In this document: piece by piece, positions 38,000 to 50,089 of the stretch
Layout of the letters: every line of letters starts with the position of its first letter
How positions within the stretch are numbered: position 1 is the stretch's first letter
Assembly: GCA_002189035.1 (NCBI GenBank)
Contig: CM007991.1
Coordinates: forward strand, 3,968,001 to 4,032,000
DNA: 64,000 nt
Reading direction: 5' to 3'
From: Utricularia gibba
Taxonomy: Eukaryota > Plantae > Magnoliophyta
The notes under the pieces: generated by a model
Seen by the model: the letters and a program-made list of their open reading frames with translations, nothing else
The model's database searches: none
Told to the model about the DNA's origin: nothing
Translations under genes and position numbers: made by a program

Positions 38000-38745
38000 C
38001 ACGTGCGTAGGCGGAGTTTTCGGGAAAACCATACATTATATTAATTCCATTAATTCTCACCCGTACTCGACTCGACTATAAAATACTGGCTTTTCTGGAA
38101 AATAATAAAAATAATGTATTTTAGAAAATGAGAATTTGAATATTTCATACTATTAATTTGGTAAGAAAAAATAGGGAGTTTATCCTGGAACATGAGGGGG
38201 CGAGCAGGAGCAGGCATGTGGGGGGTGTCCAACAGCCACGTGAGTCACCAGGCTTTTGAGTTTTGACCGCGGTCCAATCACGTGATGCTACATGTGCCTA
38301 GTAATATGCTTTTCTTTTTTCTTTTGCAATTTAAATATTGTTTTTAAGTAAAAAATAAAATATATTTCTCCATAGGCGGCTGGCGTTGTGCTATGCCGTA
38401 CGGGCATACTCCCATTGACACGCCCCACTCCACGACAGTTTCTAACACGAGCGTAGTAATAAATTGAAGCCCTGCCTGCCCATTTTCTTGCATAAAAAAA
38501 TTTAATATTATATATTTTATTACCGAATTAGTAGAGTTTATATTGATTATAAAAAATTAATACTTCCATCAGGGATCCTCACTCAGCCCAATACAATTAA
38601 AAAATGAATTTGGAAATAGCATTTCCATTTGTTTATTGTGTATGGAACACGCAGCCCTAGCCTGGAGGGCCCACCACCTCAATCCTTCAGAATTTCAACA
38701 TGGGTGTGCGCGATGACGTAAGAATGAACACCGCAGGCACGTCAT
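38000..38745. promoter_or_regulatory. Cluster of G-boxes and TGACG motifs in a GC-richer intergenic island
   Basis: CACGTG at 38000, 38237 and 38279; TGACGT at 38714; CACGTCA at 38738. Confidence 0.45.
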
Positions 38746-40699
38746 CAATGCGCGTATAATCATATTTTTGAATGATTATTACATAATGAATTTATATTTA
38801 GAATGTAAAAAATAAAAATTGATTTTAATAAATAAATAGTGTATTTATTCATTCTTATTAATAGTCATATTTTATACATTTATAAAATATATTTTATATA
38901 TCATTTATATTATAAAAATAGTATATGAATTTTGAATTATAATTTAAAAATAAAAATAATTAAAGTAATTATAATATTTCTATCAAATATAAAATAAATG
39001 TTTGCCAAAACTATATAGTCAAATAATTTTCAATATTAACCACGTGAAACTTAGTTATGTAAATACATACAATTTAAATACATTATTAATTAAACTATGC
39101 TACCAAATATTGAGTAGTGTTGGAGAACATATTATAGTGAGAAAGCGATGCCATTTTGGTATCTATGGTAAGGCGTGATTTGGTATTAATTGTTTTGATG
39201 GCATATCATGAGTTGGGTCCATCCCCTGGGGTGAGGGTAATGAGAAAGATGCTATGTATAGCTAGGTGAAAATGTGATACAATATTTTTAAAATGGATTG
39301 AAATCATATTTAAATTTAGTGATTTCAGATTTAATATTTATTATAATTAATTGAATCAAATTTAGTGATTTCAATAGTTAAGGTTTATACACACACATAT
39401 GATGGAGTTTTAGAAAATTGAAACCTTGGTCCAAAGTTATTTTATTTTATATTGGATTCTTTCAATTTATGTAAGATGATCTTTATTTATTACTTCGATG
39501 ATTTTTGTGTTATTATCAATAATTTGCATTCACTCTCTGATTTCTTCAGATTAAAAATGTGGCATGCGTGGAAATTGATGGGTTGTGCTTTGTAAAACCT
39601 AATTAAAAAAAGTGAATTAAAAACACAAAACACAAGAACCATAGTTCTTGGCGCATTTTAGCAGGCCCCCGGCACTAATCGTGGGTCCCGCCAATGAAGT
39701 ACGCCTTTTCTGGTGGTATATTCTCAACGCCCCTGCCATTGAATTGAATCCTCTCGGTTTTCGTGAGCTTCATTTATATTTCCCCATCGAAAGTAGGAGG
39801 AAGGAGAAAGAAGCGAAGCGGAAGCAAATCCGAGGCCTAAAGGTGACAAGGGATGCTCAAAATGGAAACCCTTTACTGACAATAACTTTCTGTATTCGCC
39901 CGATGGTGATGCGCACCTGCGTGGTTCACGTCACTCCATTCAAGGAAGAACACAAGTTTTTCTGCCGCAAGTATCCTTGATTTGACTGGGAATTCATCGG
40001 CGGTTTAGTTTGTATTGCGCGACAGCATTTAATCTGATCAAGACTTTGGGTTTGTTGTAGGTTTGCTCCCTTCTTGTCTCTTTTTTTGGACCCTTGCCGT
40101 TTTTTCTCAGTTTATTCTGTGTGTGGGAATCAGAATCTTGGTGGCCCAGTTGAAAATCTTTCCCGAAACCCCCTTTGGTAATGAGTACGGGCCGTGGTTT
40201 GATCTCTGTTCATTGTTTGTCTGCAGTTTTCTTTTAAATTCAGTTTTTGGGGACTTCCCTGACTGTGTTCTTCCTTATCAATTCTCAGTGATTCTAGCTT
40301 CCTCTCTTGAGTTTGAATCTGTCGTGTTCCAAATTCGTTCTTTTCTTTGCGTTCTTCCTCTCTTTCGAGCCTCTAACCCTCTGGGTATCTGCATCATCAC
40401 TTCTTTAACTTCCGTCTTCGTGGTACGGTTAGTGTGTTGTGCGTGCGAGGTGTGAGCTGTTTGAACATGCTATTAAATTGATGAAGCCCCACAGGGGTAC
40501 CCTGCTTTCAGAGGATAACGTGGGCTTTTTTCAGGTTTTTTTAAAGACATCTTGATTGGTTGTCGTTGTTCTATATTCCAAGAAATCGATCTATTTCTGG
40601 ATTCCTCCATGTACCCTTGTGTGAGTCACTGGTTTCGGTTACTAGAAGAAAGCTCTTCTTTTTCTGAAACGGGAGTTTGAGTTTTCTTCAGAAGCTTAT

Positions 40700-42467
40700 A
40701 TGAGCTGTTTTCAGGATATGGATGACGAATATGAAAAGTTTATCAGGAGACTGAACCCTCCTAGGTACTTTCCCCTTTGCATACAGGTTATGTAAGCTGA
40801 ATTTGCCTGCTAACTCAGTTTTGACTCCCAGGGTGAGGATAGATAATCAATCATGTAAAAATGCTACTGTCATTCAGGTGAGTATTTGCAGCATCCCATT
40901 TTTCATTAAAACGTCGTTGTGAGACACTTACGAGTTGTGGTGTTTACTACAGGTTGACAGTGTAAACAAACAAGGGATCCTTCTTGAAGTCGTGCAGGTT
41001 CTTACGGATCTAAACCTTGCGATAACTAAAGCTTATATATGCTCCGATGGAGGATGGTTCATGGACGGTACATTTGCTCTGTTCTTTACTTTCTGGTCTA
41101 TCCATATACTGCAGTGTATGAAAGCGAAATGAAATAACCTGATACCCTTTTTCTGTCTAGTTTTCAATGTCACTGATCTTGATGGTAGCAAGGTTACTGA
41201 TGCAGAAACTCTGGAATACATTCAGAAAGTGAGTTGTTGCTTGATGGGTGACAGTTTATCTTATCTCTTCGAACTGTCAGAAACTCTTACATCTTGGTTT
41301 CTGTGCCAGTCACTTGGACCAGATTCTTGCTTTGAATCTTCAATGAGCACTGTTGGGGTAACCTCAGGAATGGATCATACTTCCATAGAGTTGATTGGAA
41401 CTGATAGGCCAGGCCTACTTTCCGAAGTTAGTGCAGTGCTAACAAACCTAAAGTGCAATGTGGTGAACGCAGAGGTATGGACCCATAATACAAGAGCAGC
41501 AGCGGTAATGCAAGTTACTGATGAGGCAACAGGGAGTGCGATAACTGATGAGGAAAAACTAGCTACTGTGAAAAAACTTCTTCAAAATGTGCTCAAGGGT
41601 AGTAAGGGATCGCGTGATGCGAAGACTAGTGTCTCACATGGGGCAACTCATACAGAGAGGAGGCTTCACCAGATGATGTTTGATGATAGAGATTTTGAAC
41701 GGATGAATGGCAGTTTCTTGAATGACAAAGGGAGACCGAATGTTAGTGTTGACAATTGGCACGATAGAGACTATTCCGTAGTGACGATCCGGTGCAAAGA
41801 TAGGCCAAAGCTTATCTTCGACGTCGTCTGCACTTTGACAGATATGCAGTACATCATTTTCCATGGAAACATTAGTGTAGAAGGACCAGATGCTTCTCAG
41901 GTGTGAGTTTATCAAGTTAACATTGTGTCAATGGTTATGTTTAACATACTGTGTGTCTTCACTTTCGTAGGAGTATTGCATACGGCATTCCCACGGATCT
42001 CCGGTGAACTCGGATGCAGAGAGACAAAGGCTGGTTCATTGTCTGGAAGCAGCCATACAAAGAAGAGTTTCAGAAGTAAGCAGCATTTTATTATATCTGC
42101 TTCCCTGTCCTCCATAACTGATTTTTATCAACAGGGGCTGAAGCTGGAGCTTTGCACGAATGACAGAATGGGGTTGCTCTCAGATGTAACACGGATCATT
42201 CGGGAGAACAGCTTGACAGTAACACGAGCCGAAGTGTCGACAAGAGATGGGAAAGCAATGAACACGTTCTACGTTTGTGATGCTTCAGGAAATCCTATTG
42301 ACCCCAAGATCATAGACTCCATCCGTCAAACCATCGGCCAAACAATACTACGAGTTAAGGGAAGCCCTCCTGATCCCCCACAGGAATCTTCCACAAGGTT
42401 TCTGTTCAGCAGCCTTTTCAAGTCAAGATCCCGTTGCAACTTCGGGGTGGTAAGGTCTTACTCTTGA
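40700..42467 (+). CDS. ACR4: ACT-domain repeat protein (ACR4/ACR5 clade)
   Basis: 7 exons: 40700 (or 40718)-40764, 40832-40877, 40953-41067, 41161-41228, 41310-41900, 41971-42075, 42135-42467. Motifs [68 protein letters not shown]. Confidence 0.95.
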
Positions 42468-42773
42468 AGCAAGAAGCATTCTTCACTGCTCCAGAGTAGC
42501 ACCCATCATCAATGGATCTCATCTGTAAATATGTATCATTCTGAATTTGAAATCTAGGATCTGTATCTATCTGCATGCTGATAGCTGACACTTCTAGGCT
42601 GCTTTGTGTTGAAGCTCTGAAATCATTGTAAGGCTCCACCCACTTTGGCACTGGCCAAGGTGTGGAAGATTGAATGTCAATAATCGGTTGGGTTTATGGT
42701 TTCATATCCGACCCCATTCTGAAAATAATGTGATAAAGGTAGCTCTCCGCATGAGTTTGTACTCTGAATCTAA

Positions 42774-42997
42774 ATCAATGTTCTGGAAAATTTTTGAAAC
42801 ATGTTTTTAATTTTTAAAATTATTTTTGAAAAATAAAAATAACAAGTAATTTTTTATTTTTCCAGTAACTTTTGCAATTATAATTTTAAAAGTATTTTTG
42901 ATAGAATTATTTTTACAATTAAAAATATTTTAAAATAAAATTATTTTTACTTTTGAAAAGTAAAAATAGATTTTAAAAATTTTTCAGAATACTATTT
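42774..42997. mobile_element. Tourist-like MITE, family A copy 2 (inverted relative to copy 1)
   Basis: Aligns along its length to the reverse complement of 14329-14564. Ends ATCAATGTTCTGGAAAATTTTTGAAACA / TTTTAAAAATTTTTCAGAATACTATT, with TAA at 42771-73 and 42998-43000. Confidence 0.8.
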
Positions 42998-43288
42998 TAA
43001 CTCGATGAGAGGTTAAAAAATATAAATTGTTGAGTCACGGTTTAATAAATTGAATAACATGGTACTTGATACTTGTAATAATTCGTTAAGATAATAGTAC
43101 TATACAATACTATATGCATAGTAAATAGATGTTTGTCATAATTTATGAAAAAGAATAGTGATGCATAACATTGAGTATGTGTTAATCGATGCTTATCATA
43201 ACTTACAAGTTGACTCGAGTCAAACTCATAGAAAATATGTGATTCAACTCGTACTCACTGTGTACCGGCCAATCCGCTATTAGTAATC

Positions 43289-43356
43289 GGGCCCAAGGCT
43301 AGATAAAGGGCATGATATTGGGCCTACGTTTAAAACCAGCTTAGCCAGGAGCCCAT
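43289..43356. promoter_or_regulatory. Site II-like (GGGCC/GCCCA) cluster upstream of the FYR-domain gene
   Basis: ATCGGGCCCAA, ATTGGGCCT and AGCCCATT lie 120-190 bp upstream of ATG 43477. Confidence 0.45.
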
Positions 43357-43476
43357 TCAGGAAAGTTTTCTTTTTCATCGCTTCGTCTACGATGCTTTTC
43401 ATTCTTCCCGCCACTTTGTCTGTCGCGCCAGCAACACGGAGAGATTCCGAACTGCTCGTTCTTCATATCGAAATCA

Positions 43477-46400
43477 ATGGTGAAAGCTGCGAAGCATGAT
43501 AAATCCGAAAGCCTTGAGATATTATCGATTGGAAAGCTCTATAGTGGTCCCTGGGATAAGAAGTACTGGAGCTCATCCAGGGTTTGTTCTATTCTCATAT
43601 TTCTTCCATGGTTTAGATTTTGGTTTCGGAGTGTTTTTTCGGTCGGATTATCCTGACAGTTTTTGAACGTGTTTGATGTTGTGTATCCGTTTTGGTTGTG
43701 AGTTACTTGTATTTATGATGTTGATGAGTATTATGCTTCACGAGGATCGTAGGCAATGAGTGCGCATATTTTAATTACGGAAGGTTTATTTTAAACGTTT
43801 TATGGATAGGCGTTTGGATCTTCAGCGAGTTATGGATGCCTTCTTGTCAATGGAAGTTCCTAGATTAAGGGAGAAATGATTAAGATTCTACAGTTTTCTT
43901 TTTCGTGACGAGCACCAAAAAAATTTTTTGTTTGCTTCTTTTTTATGTATATTTTGCACTCCAGCCATTAATGGCGGTATCACGCGAAGGTTAAGTTATT
44001 TCTTAACTGAAAAGGTGATCAAGGTTGCGTTAGTTAGCAATACTAAATTGAGGCAGTATTTCAGGTTGCTTGTATACCATCTCCATTGTTTCATAGGCTT
44101 ATAGGAATATTTTTCAGGGAAAATACAGGTATCCTTATCCTGTTGGATATAAGTTACTGAGGCATCAAAATGGCGTTAATTACACGATGGAAGTTCTTGA
44201 AGGCCTAAAGGGTCCGTCGTTTGCTGTGAGTAAGCTAAGAGGCTATTGTGTGAAACTCTATGATCCTGGCCTCATCACTTACTAATAAATTTTGTATTCG
44301 ATCAAATATCATAGATAACCTCTAGTGACGGCAAGGCGTGCTTCGGAGATACACCAGATATGGCGTGGAAAAACTTCCTAAAGCTGTGCCATGGGAAACG
44401 ACCTACAGGCAAGGAGGGCGTAGAGGTATCTAATCATCTCTTTATGAAACTCCAGTTTATATGCAGTTTTGTTACTCTTTTTCTGTTTCTGGTGTCTGTA
44501 CATGCAGTTTTTTGGGTTCACGAACTCGCTTCTTCAAAGGTTGTTACGGGAGCTGGTGGCAAATGTTGATGGTGCTGTTGAACAGAAGTCGCTGTCAACG
44601 AGCGTTATTGATGGAGCCAGAGAGGCTCCTGATCAGTTGAATTTTAATGCACCAAGTACCGAAGGCAGTTTGCTGAAAGATATCAGGGTATCATATGTTA
44701 GAAGGAAGCGAACCAAGAGAAGAAAACTAGGCGATAATGAAACGGTGGACGCCCATCCAAAACAGCACGAAGAGCATACAAACAATGCTTGTGGTTTGGA
44801 TCATGTTCAAAGAGATCAAATAAATCATGGATGTAGAAGATTAACTGTAAATGAATTTCCCTTGCCTGTTTACAGTCCAAGAGCATCAACGCCTCAAATA
44901 ATCTGTAGCGTTGTAGAGAATGGAAATCAAGTTCCGTTTGGTGAGTTGGACGATTCCAAAGTAGGAAAAGAACTTCAACACAGAGAAGCTGAACTTCCTG
45001 TATCTTCAAATGCAGATTTCAGGCTTAACAATGATGAGTTTCTTGAATTCCAAGAGCCCGTAAGTTTGGATTTCATTTTCTTATATTGGTTATTACAGTT
45101 TTCATGGCATATGGTTACATGACCCATTCATCATGCTATATTGATAGAGTTTTGTTTTTTGGCCAAAATCTAGTTTATGGATTTCTTTATCATGACATCG
45201 CAGAATGGCATATCGCACAACACTGAAGGCCAGGGATGTGATAAATTAATGCCGGGCCAGACCGATGAAGTAGCTAATGTTGAGGATGGTCTGTTATCAT
45301 TTACTGATGCTAATGGTTATGCACCTGACACGCTAGAGTGTGCTGCAGGTGAGGTAGCTCTACCATCCGTTGAATTCTCTGAGTACTTTTTTTATCTTGC
45401 AGTCACCACGTAACGTTATCAGACTTGAGTTCATCTGAAATTCATGCAACTGCCCTCCTGCCTTTTCAGAGAGCTTTTCTACATTATCACCAAAAAATAA
45501 TGATCAAGGAGATTGGAACTTGGAAAGTACGAGTGCGAATGTTTTGGCGATGTCTGACACTCTTGTGAATGACTCAGTTCCGGAGGATTTAAGAAAGGCA
45601 TTCGCGGCTGGTTCAAGCTCTGAACTTTGTGATAGCGATTCAGTCGAACAAGATGTTACCACGTCCATGATGACAGTTCTTCTTCCCCGAGCTCTTCCGC
45701 TGCTCAAAACATTCAGTAAAAGGAAAAAGAAACTTGAAAAGCCTCCTAAATATCCAGTCATGGAGCCAGCTAACAATTCTGATATGATGCGACAAAATGA
45801 GGTTGCATGCGACCAGTCTGCCACGTTGCATCATGAAAATGCTGGGTTTGCTGATTGTGGTATTTTTCCTTGCGCTCATCATGAACTTTTTCTATGTGAA
45901 TGTGCTGGTATTTGTAGTACACATCCTTGTCTTGAAAGTGAGCCACTAATCTTGTCTCTACAGGTCCTGCCATGGCGGCTGGGATGATGTCTAATTTGAC
46001 TCAGTATCCAGATGCAGGGTTTTCTGACTGCAATATTTCTTCTGACACATGTGCTACAATTGCTCACATTGACGACGCTATGAAAGAAACATGCAAAACG
46101 AATGATGAATTGACAACGAATGTCAGAACGACAATGAGATCAAATAACAAGCTAGAAGGCTTAATCGAGTATTTTGCATCATATCTCCATCCTATGCCCA
46201 TTCTGATGGTGCAGTTGTTCTACAAGGAGCGGGATATCTTCTTCTGTGTTACCTGTGGATATTCAGATCAGGGAGACAGCGAACTCTTCATGTACAAGAC
46301 CACACTAGACGGAGAAGGGATGGGTTTCCCTTCATTGATTGGACATGCACCAATAAACCTTCCTATTGGAGTACTTGGTGGGAATGTAAGATGACTTTTT

Positions 46401-47835
46401 AAGTCTGTTGCATCGCGATCAATCAAATTTTGATTATTTAACGTAGCAGGATGCTGGTTCTTTTTATATAGGTCTCGGTAAGGAGATGCTTGTTGCATTT
46501 GACCCCAGATGCAAGATCTCTGGTTTTATTAAACGGTGTCAAAACTTCTTATTGTAGGTAAAGTTCATCCTTTTTCTTCATACTTATTCGAACCATTAAA
46601 TTTTTATCTGAATGTTTACCTTTTTCTTCACTGCAGTCTTGGCAAATTGCACTGTTCATGCCCAGTTTGCACCCCCAGTTGCTTCAAGAAAAGTGGGGTT
46701 AAAATTGTGAGATTAAAAAGTGGATTTGTTTCAGTTGTTAAAGTGCTGGAGACAACTCAAGTAGTGAGATGTCTTTTAGTGTGTGAACCTAATTGCCTTC
46801 TCGCTGCTGAGGGGGAAAGCTCAATCTGTGGACCATGAATTCTGAATGGAGGTGATTCCATGCCTATTCTTTTTTTTTTTTTTTTGGTTCTTACTGATCA
46901 ATGAAACATTTCTCCACATGTTCAACATCATATTTCTGAACTTCCCCGCATTTTATTTAATTTTTTTTTTCGGTGACACCAAATTTCTTCTCTTGTTTAT
47001 GCAGTCAACCGGAAGAGTGTTCATCTTTACCCACATGCGACAGCATGCTTCCTTGCATCATGGACCTGAAGCTTGTTCCAAATTCTGCAGCTTTGGTAGT
47101 TGGCCACAATGGTCTTGGCGAATTTCAATTATGGTATGTTTGCTTCAACCTCTTCAATTTATTCTTCTGACAAGGACCAAACACAAATCCACCGCCAGAC
47201 ATTCAAATACGTCTGCCCTCGCAGGGATATTCACAAGAGGAGTTCGGTTTCAAGGTTCTCTTCTTTCCCTAGCCTGTCAGTTTCCGAGTGCCTTCCTATC
47301 AACGTATTTAGATGGAAAAAGAGGCCAGATTGCAAAGCCAACACACTGTCAGAAGAAATTATGGATGCTACTAGCAAAAGACTTCCATGGGAAAATGATC
47401 CCTCAGAGGATAAAGACGTTGGTGTTTGGCTTCTAATTTCCACTGCACCGGACCTTGATGCGGATTACTACCATTCACCTGAACAGCTAGCAGTCCAGGC
47501 TCAGCACTGGAGACTCGCGTTGTTGGCCAACAACACAGTTATCACTGGAAGCGTCATTGACAAAGGGTATGCATGTGTATTCCTGTGCTATGAAACATAG
47601 AAGAGAGCTTGACTTTTTCCTTTATTGCAGTATTGCTGCTGTAACATCTTCTGGTCATGGAATCATCGCCCGGGACGACGGCCTGGTTTATGCTTGGGAG
47701 TTGTCTACAGGAATGAAGTTAGGGAACATACATTCCTTCGGAGCCGGCAGTGTATCATGCATCTCTTCCCTGAGCACAATCCCATTCGCTGCTGTGGCTG
47801 CCGGAGATCAGCTACTGCTCTACATGCCATCTTGA
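43477..47835 (+). CDS. Uncharacterised FYRN/FYRC-like N-terminal domain protein with a C-terminal beta-propeller-like region (At1g26330-like from memory)
   Basis: Exon 1 43477-43581 (LEILSIGKLYSGPWDKKYWSSSR), 44118-44225 (GKYRYPYPVGYK...EGLKGPSF), 44315-44425 (GDTPDMAW), 44508-45060 (FFGFTNSLLQRLLREL), then further in-frame GT-AG exons through VMTVLLPRALPLLK, GHNGLGEFQLWDI, DDGLVYAWELSTG to TGA at 47833-35. Confidence 0.85.
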
Positions 47836-48090
47836 ACAACCTTTCTGCAACTTACAAGTCCCTGTGCTACAACCAAACAGGCCTGTCTCTTCAACAACCA
47901 AACTAGAGGAATCGATATTCAAGATCAAGATCAAGATCAGAACGCCAATTTGTGCAACATAATTCCCTTGATCAGGGGGGCAGTGAAATCTCCAGAAAAT
48001 GAAAGCAGCAGAGTGTTTAGAATACAAACAACAGCCTCAACATGTTGCTGAATTGCCCAGACACAGGCCAATTGTAGGAGAACAATGACT

Positions 48091-48509
48091 TCAGTTGTTG
48101 CCACCACCACCAAAAAGGTAGCCTAATGAAGAACCCCCTCCGGGGGCTGCCTGGATCTTCGTCGACGGCCGGTCCTGCGAACCACAACAACGGTATCAAA
48201 ACATCCATGAACTCTCATAGTTGCATCATATGATCATACAATTTGGTCACTGGAATCAACAGGATGCATACGTACCCCGATAAAGTTGCAGGTGTTCTGG
48301 CCATTGAAGTAGTTGTTGGCTGTGCTGCTTTGGATCCCCGCCGGAATCTGCTTGCTCGCGTCCACGGCTTCCGTAGCCTTTGCCGGCGACTTGGTGTCAA
48401 CAGGAGCAGCTTCAACTTTCTCAACTACCGGAGTAGGAGGCGCCTCACCACTCCCAAACAAGTACCCCAATGAACTCTGCCCTCCACCGCTGCTAACTCC
48501 ACGACCCAT
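48091..48509 (-). CDS. SP1L: SPIRAL1-like microtubule-associated protein
   Basis: Exon 1 48509-48276 (MGRGVSSGGGQSSLGYLFG...NNYFNGQNTCNFIG), intron, exon 2 48174-48091 (DRPSTKIQAAPGGGSSLGYLFGGGGNN*). Both terminal SSLGYLFG repeats are present. Confidence 0.95.
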
Positions 48510-50089
48510 GCTTCTCTCCCTGCGAATGAGAAACCACCATGAAAACAATCAGCAGTCGCAATGCCGGCGCTTGATTCCACAACTTATACTACAATCTGAT
48601 AATCACAGTGGGCTTGAAGAAAGAACAAAGCAATTCCAAATTCTAGCAACGAATCGTCACAAGAACTAAATCCCCTTCCCAGAAGCCATCGAGTTCATGT
48701 TGAGCCCTAAAAATGGCGCAAATCCCAGAGTAGATTCAAACTCAGAAAAGCAAAGAAAATCGGAAGCCATTGAAACGGCGTCGGCAGCCTGTTTCAGAAT
48801 CGTCGAGGTAAAATCGACAAAATTCATACAGATCGCACGCCCATGAAAGATCCCATCAACAAATCGTTACCCAGAAGCAAACCACATTTCGCAGATCAAG
48901 CCATCATCAACCAACAAAAAAGCAATGAGAATGCATCACCGGTGAGACCCGGAAAGATACATGACGCAGAACGAGATATCAGATTTCTGAAATACCGTTT
49001 CTCGACCTTCTTTGGGAATGAGATCTGATCTGCCGGAGGAAGAAGATACTCTAGATATTTTTTCTCGACTGCAGAGTCGAGTGGAAGCAGTAACGGAACG
49101 TGGGCACCGCTGTTTCCGCTTTCCAGTCCTTTATTACACCTTCCACTCCACGTGCCCGTTAAGGTGATAGCAAAGTGGGTTTGGATTGAGTGATTTCGGG
49201 ACTGCCAATAGCCTATGCGAAAATGAGAATGATCCCATTATTTTGCCATATTTTAAAAATGAATTATAGAAAATCAGAGTGATTATATAACATGTAAAAA
49301 AATGAATTATCATTGAAGTTTTATATTTTAGTTTTAAATCATTTGTAATTTTTTATTACAATCTAGATGTTTACAATGAGTTATTTAAACATGGTAACAT
49401 TTTATATTAGATTGATGCTCGATAATTCAATAATGTATCAAGGAAGTATATATATGTAAACATAACCATAAATATCCCAGAACTTGAATTTTACATTTGT
49501 GTATTTAAGGTCCTTTCTTGAAATAACATGGAAATTTGTATGCATATTAACTAGATTCTCAAACGATGTCTTTGTAATGCATTTTGTCTTAATGAGTGAA
49601 GAAAAAAACATAGCTAAGCAATTTGGTGGCAACTTTGTGAAGATGAGGAGCATTAGACCCATAAAACTAATCACCATTTTTGTGGATCTCTCAATCTAGA
49701 TGACAATTAATTTTGGTAATCTTCCATTCATTTCACTTTTAAGTTTGATAGTGTGGAATCAAATTAAAATTGAAGGAAGATTTGGATGAGTATCTTTCCA
49801 CTACTTAGTGGTGTGCATTTGGTTCAATGAATATGCCATTGCATGTAATAGACTGATACAATTATTTTCTCTCTTTACTTTCAACACAATTGAAAAAAAA
49901 AACATAAAATAAGAATTTTGAAAAATATTATTGTCAAAATTATCTAAATATTTTACAGACATATCTGTTTGAATACAAAATCAAACCTACGAAATAGGAT
50001 CTACGTATGGAAAAACATGTGCTACGGGTAAAAACCTTCGATGAGTGTGATGCGTCTTCATGTTTCTGCTGTTTCCGGTGGAGTCAAGG

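Noticed and set aside
44129-44136. GTATCCTT U12-type donor motif in the FYR-domain gene
   Set aside because: It encodes the conserved RYPYP peptide within exon 2, so it is coding sequence.
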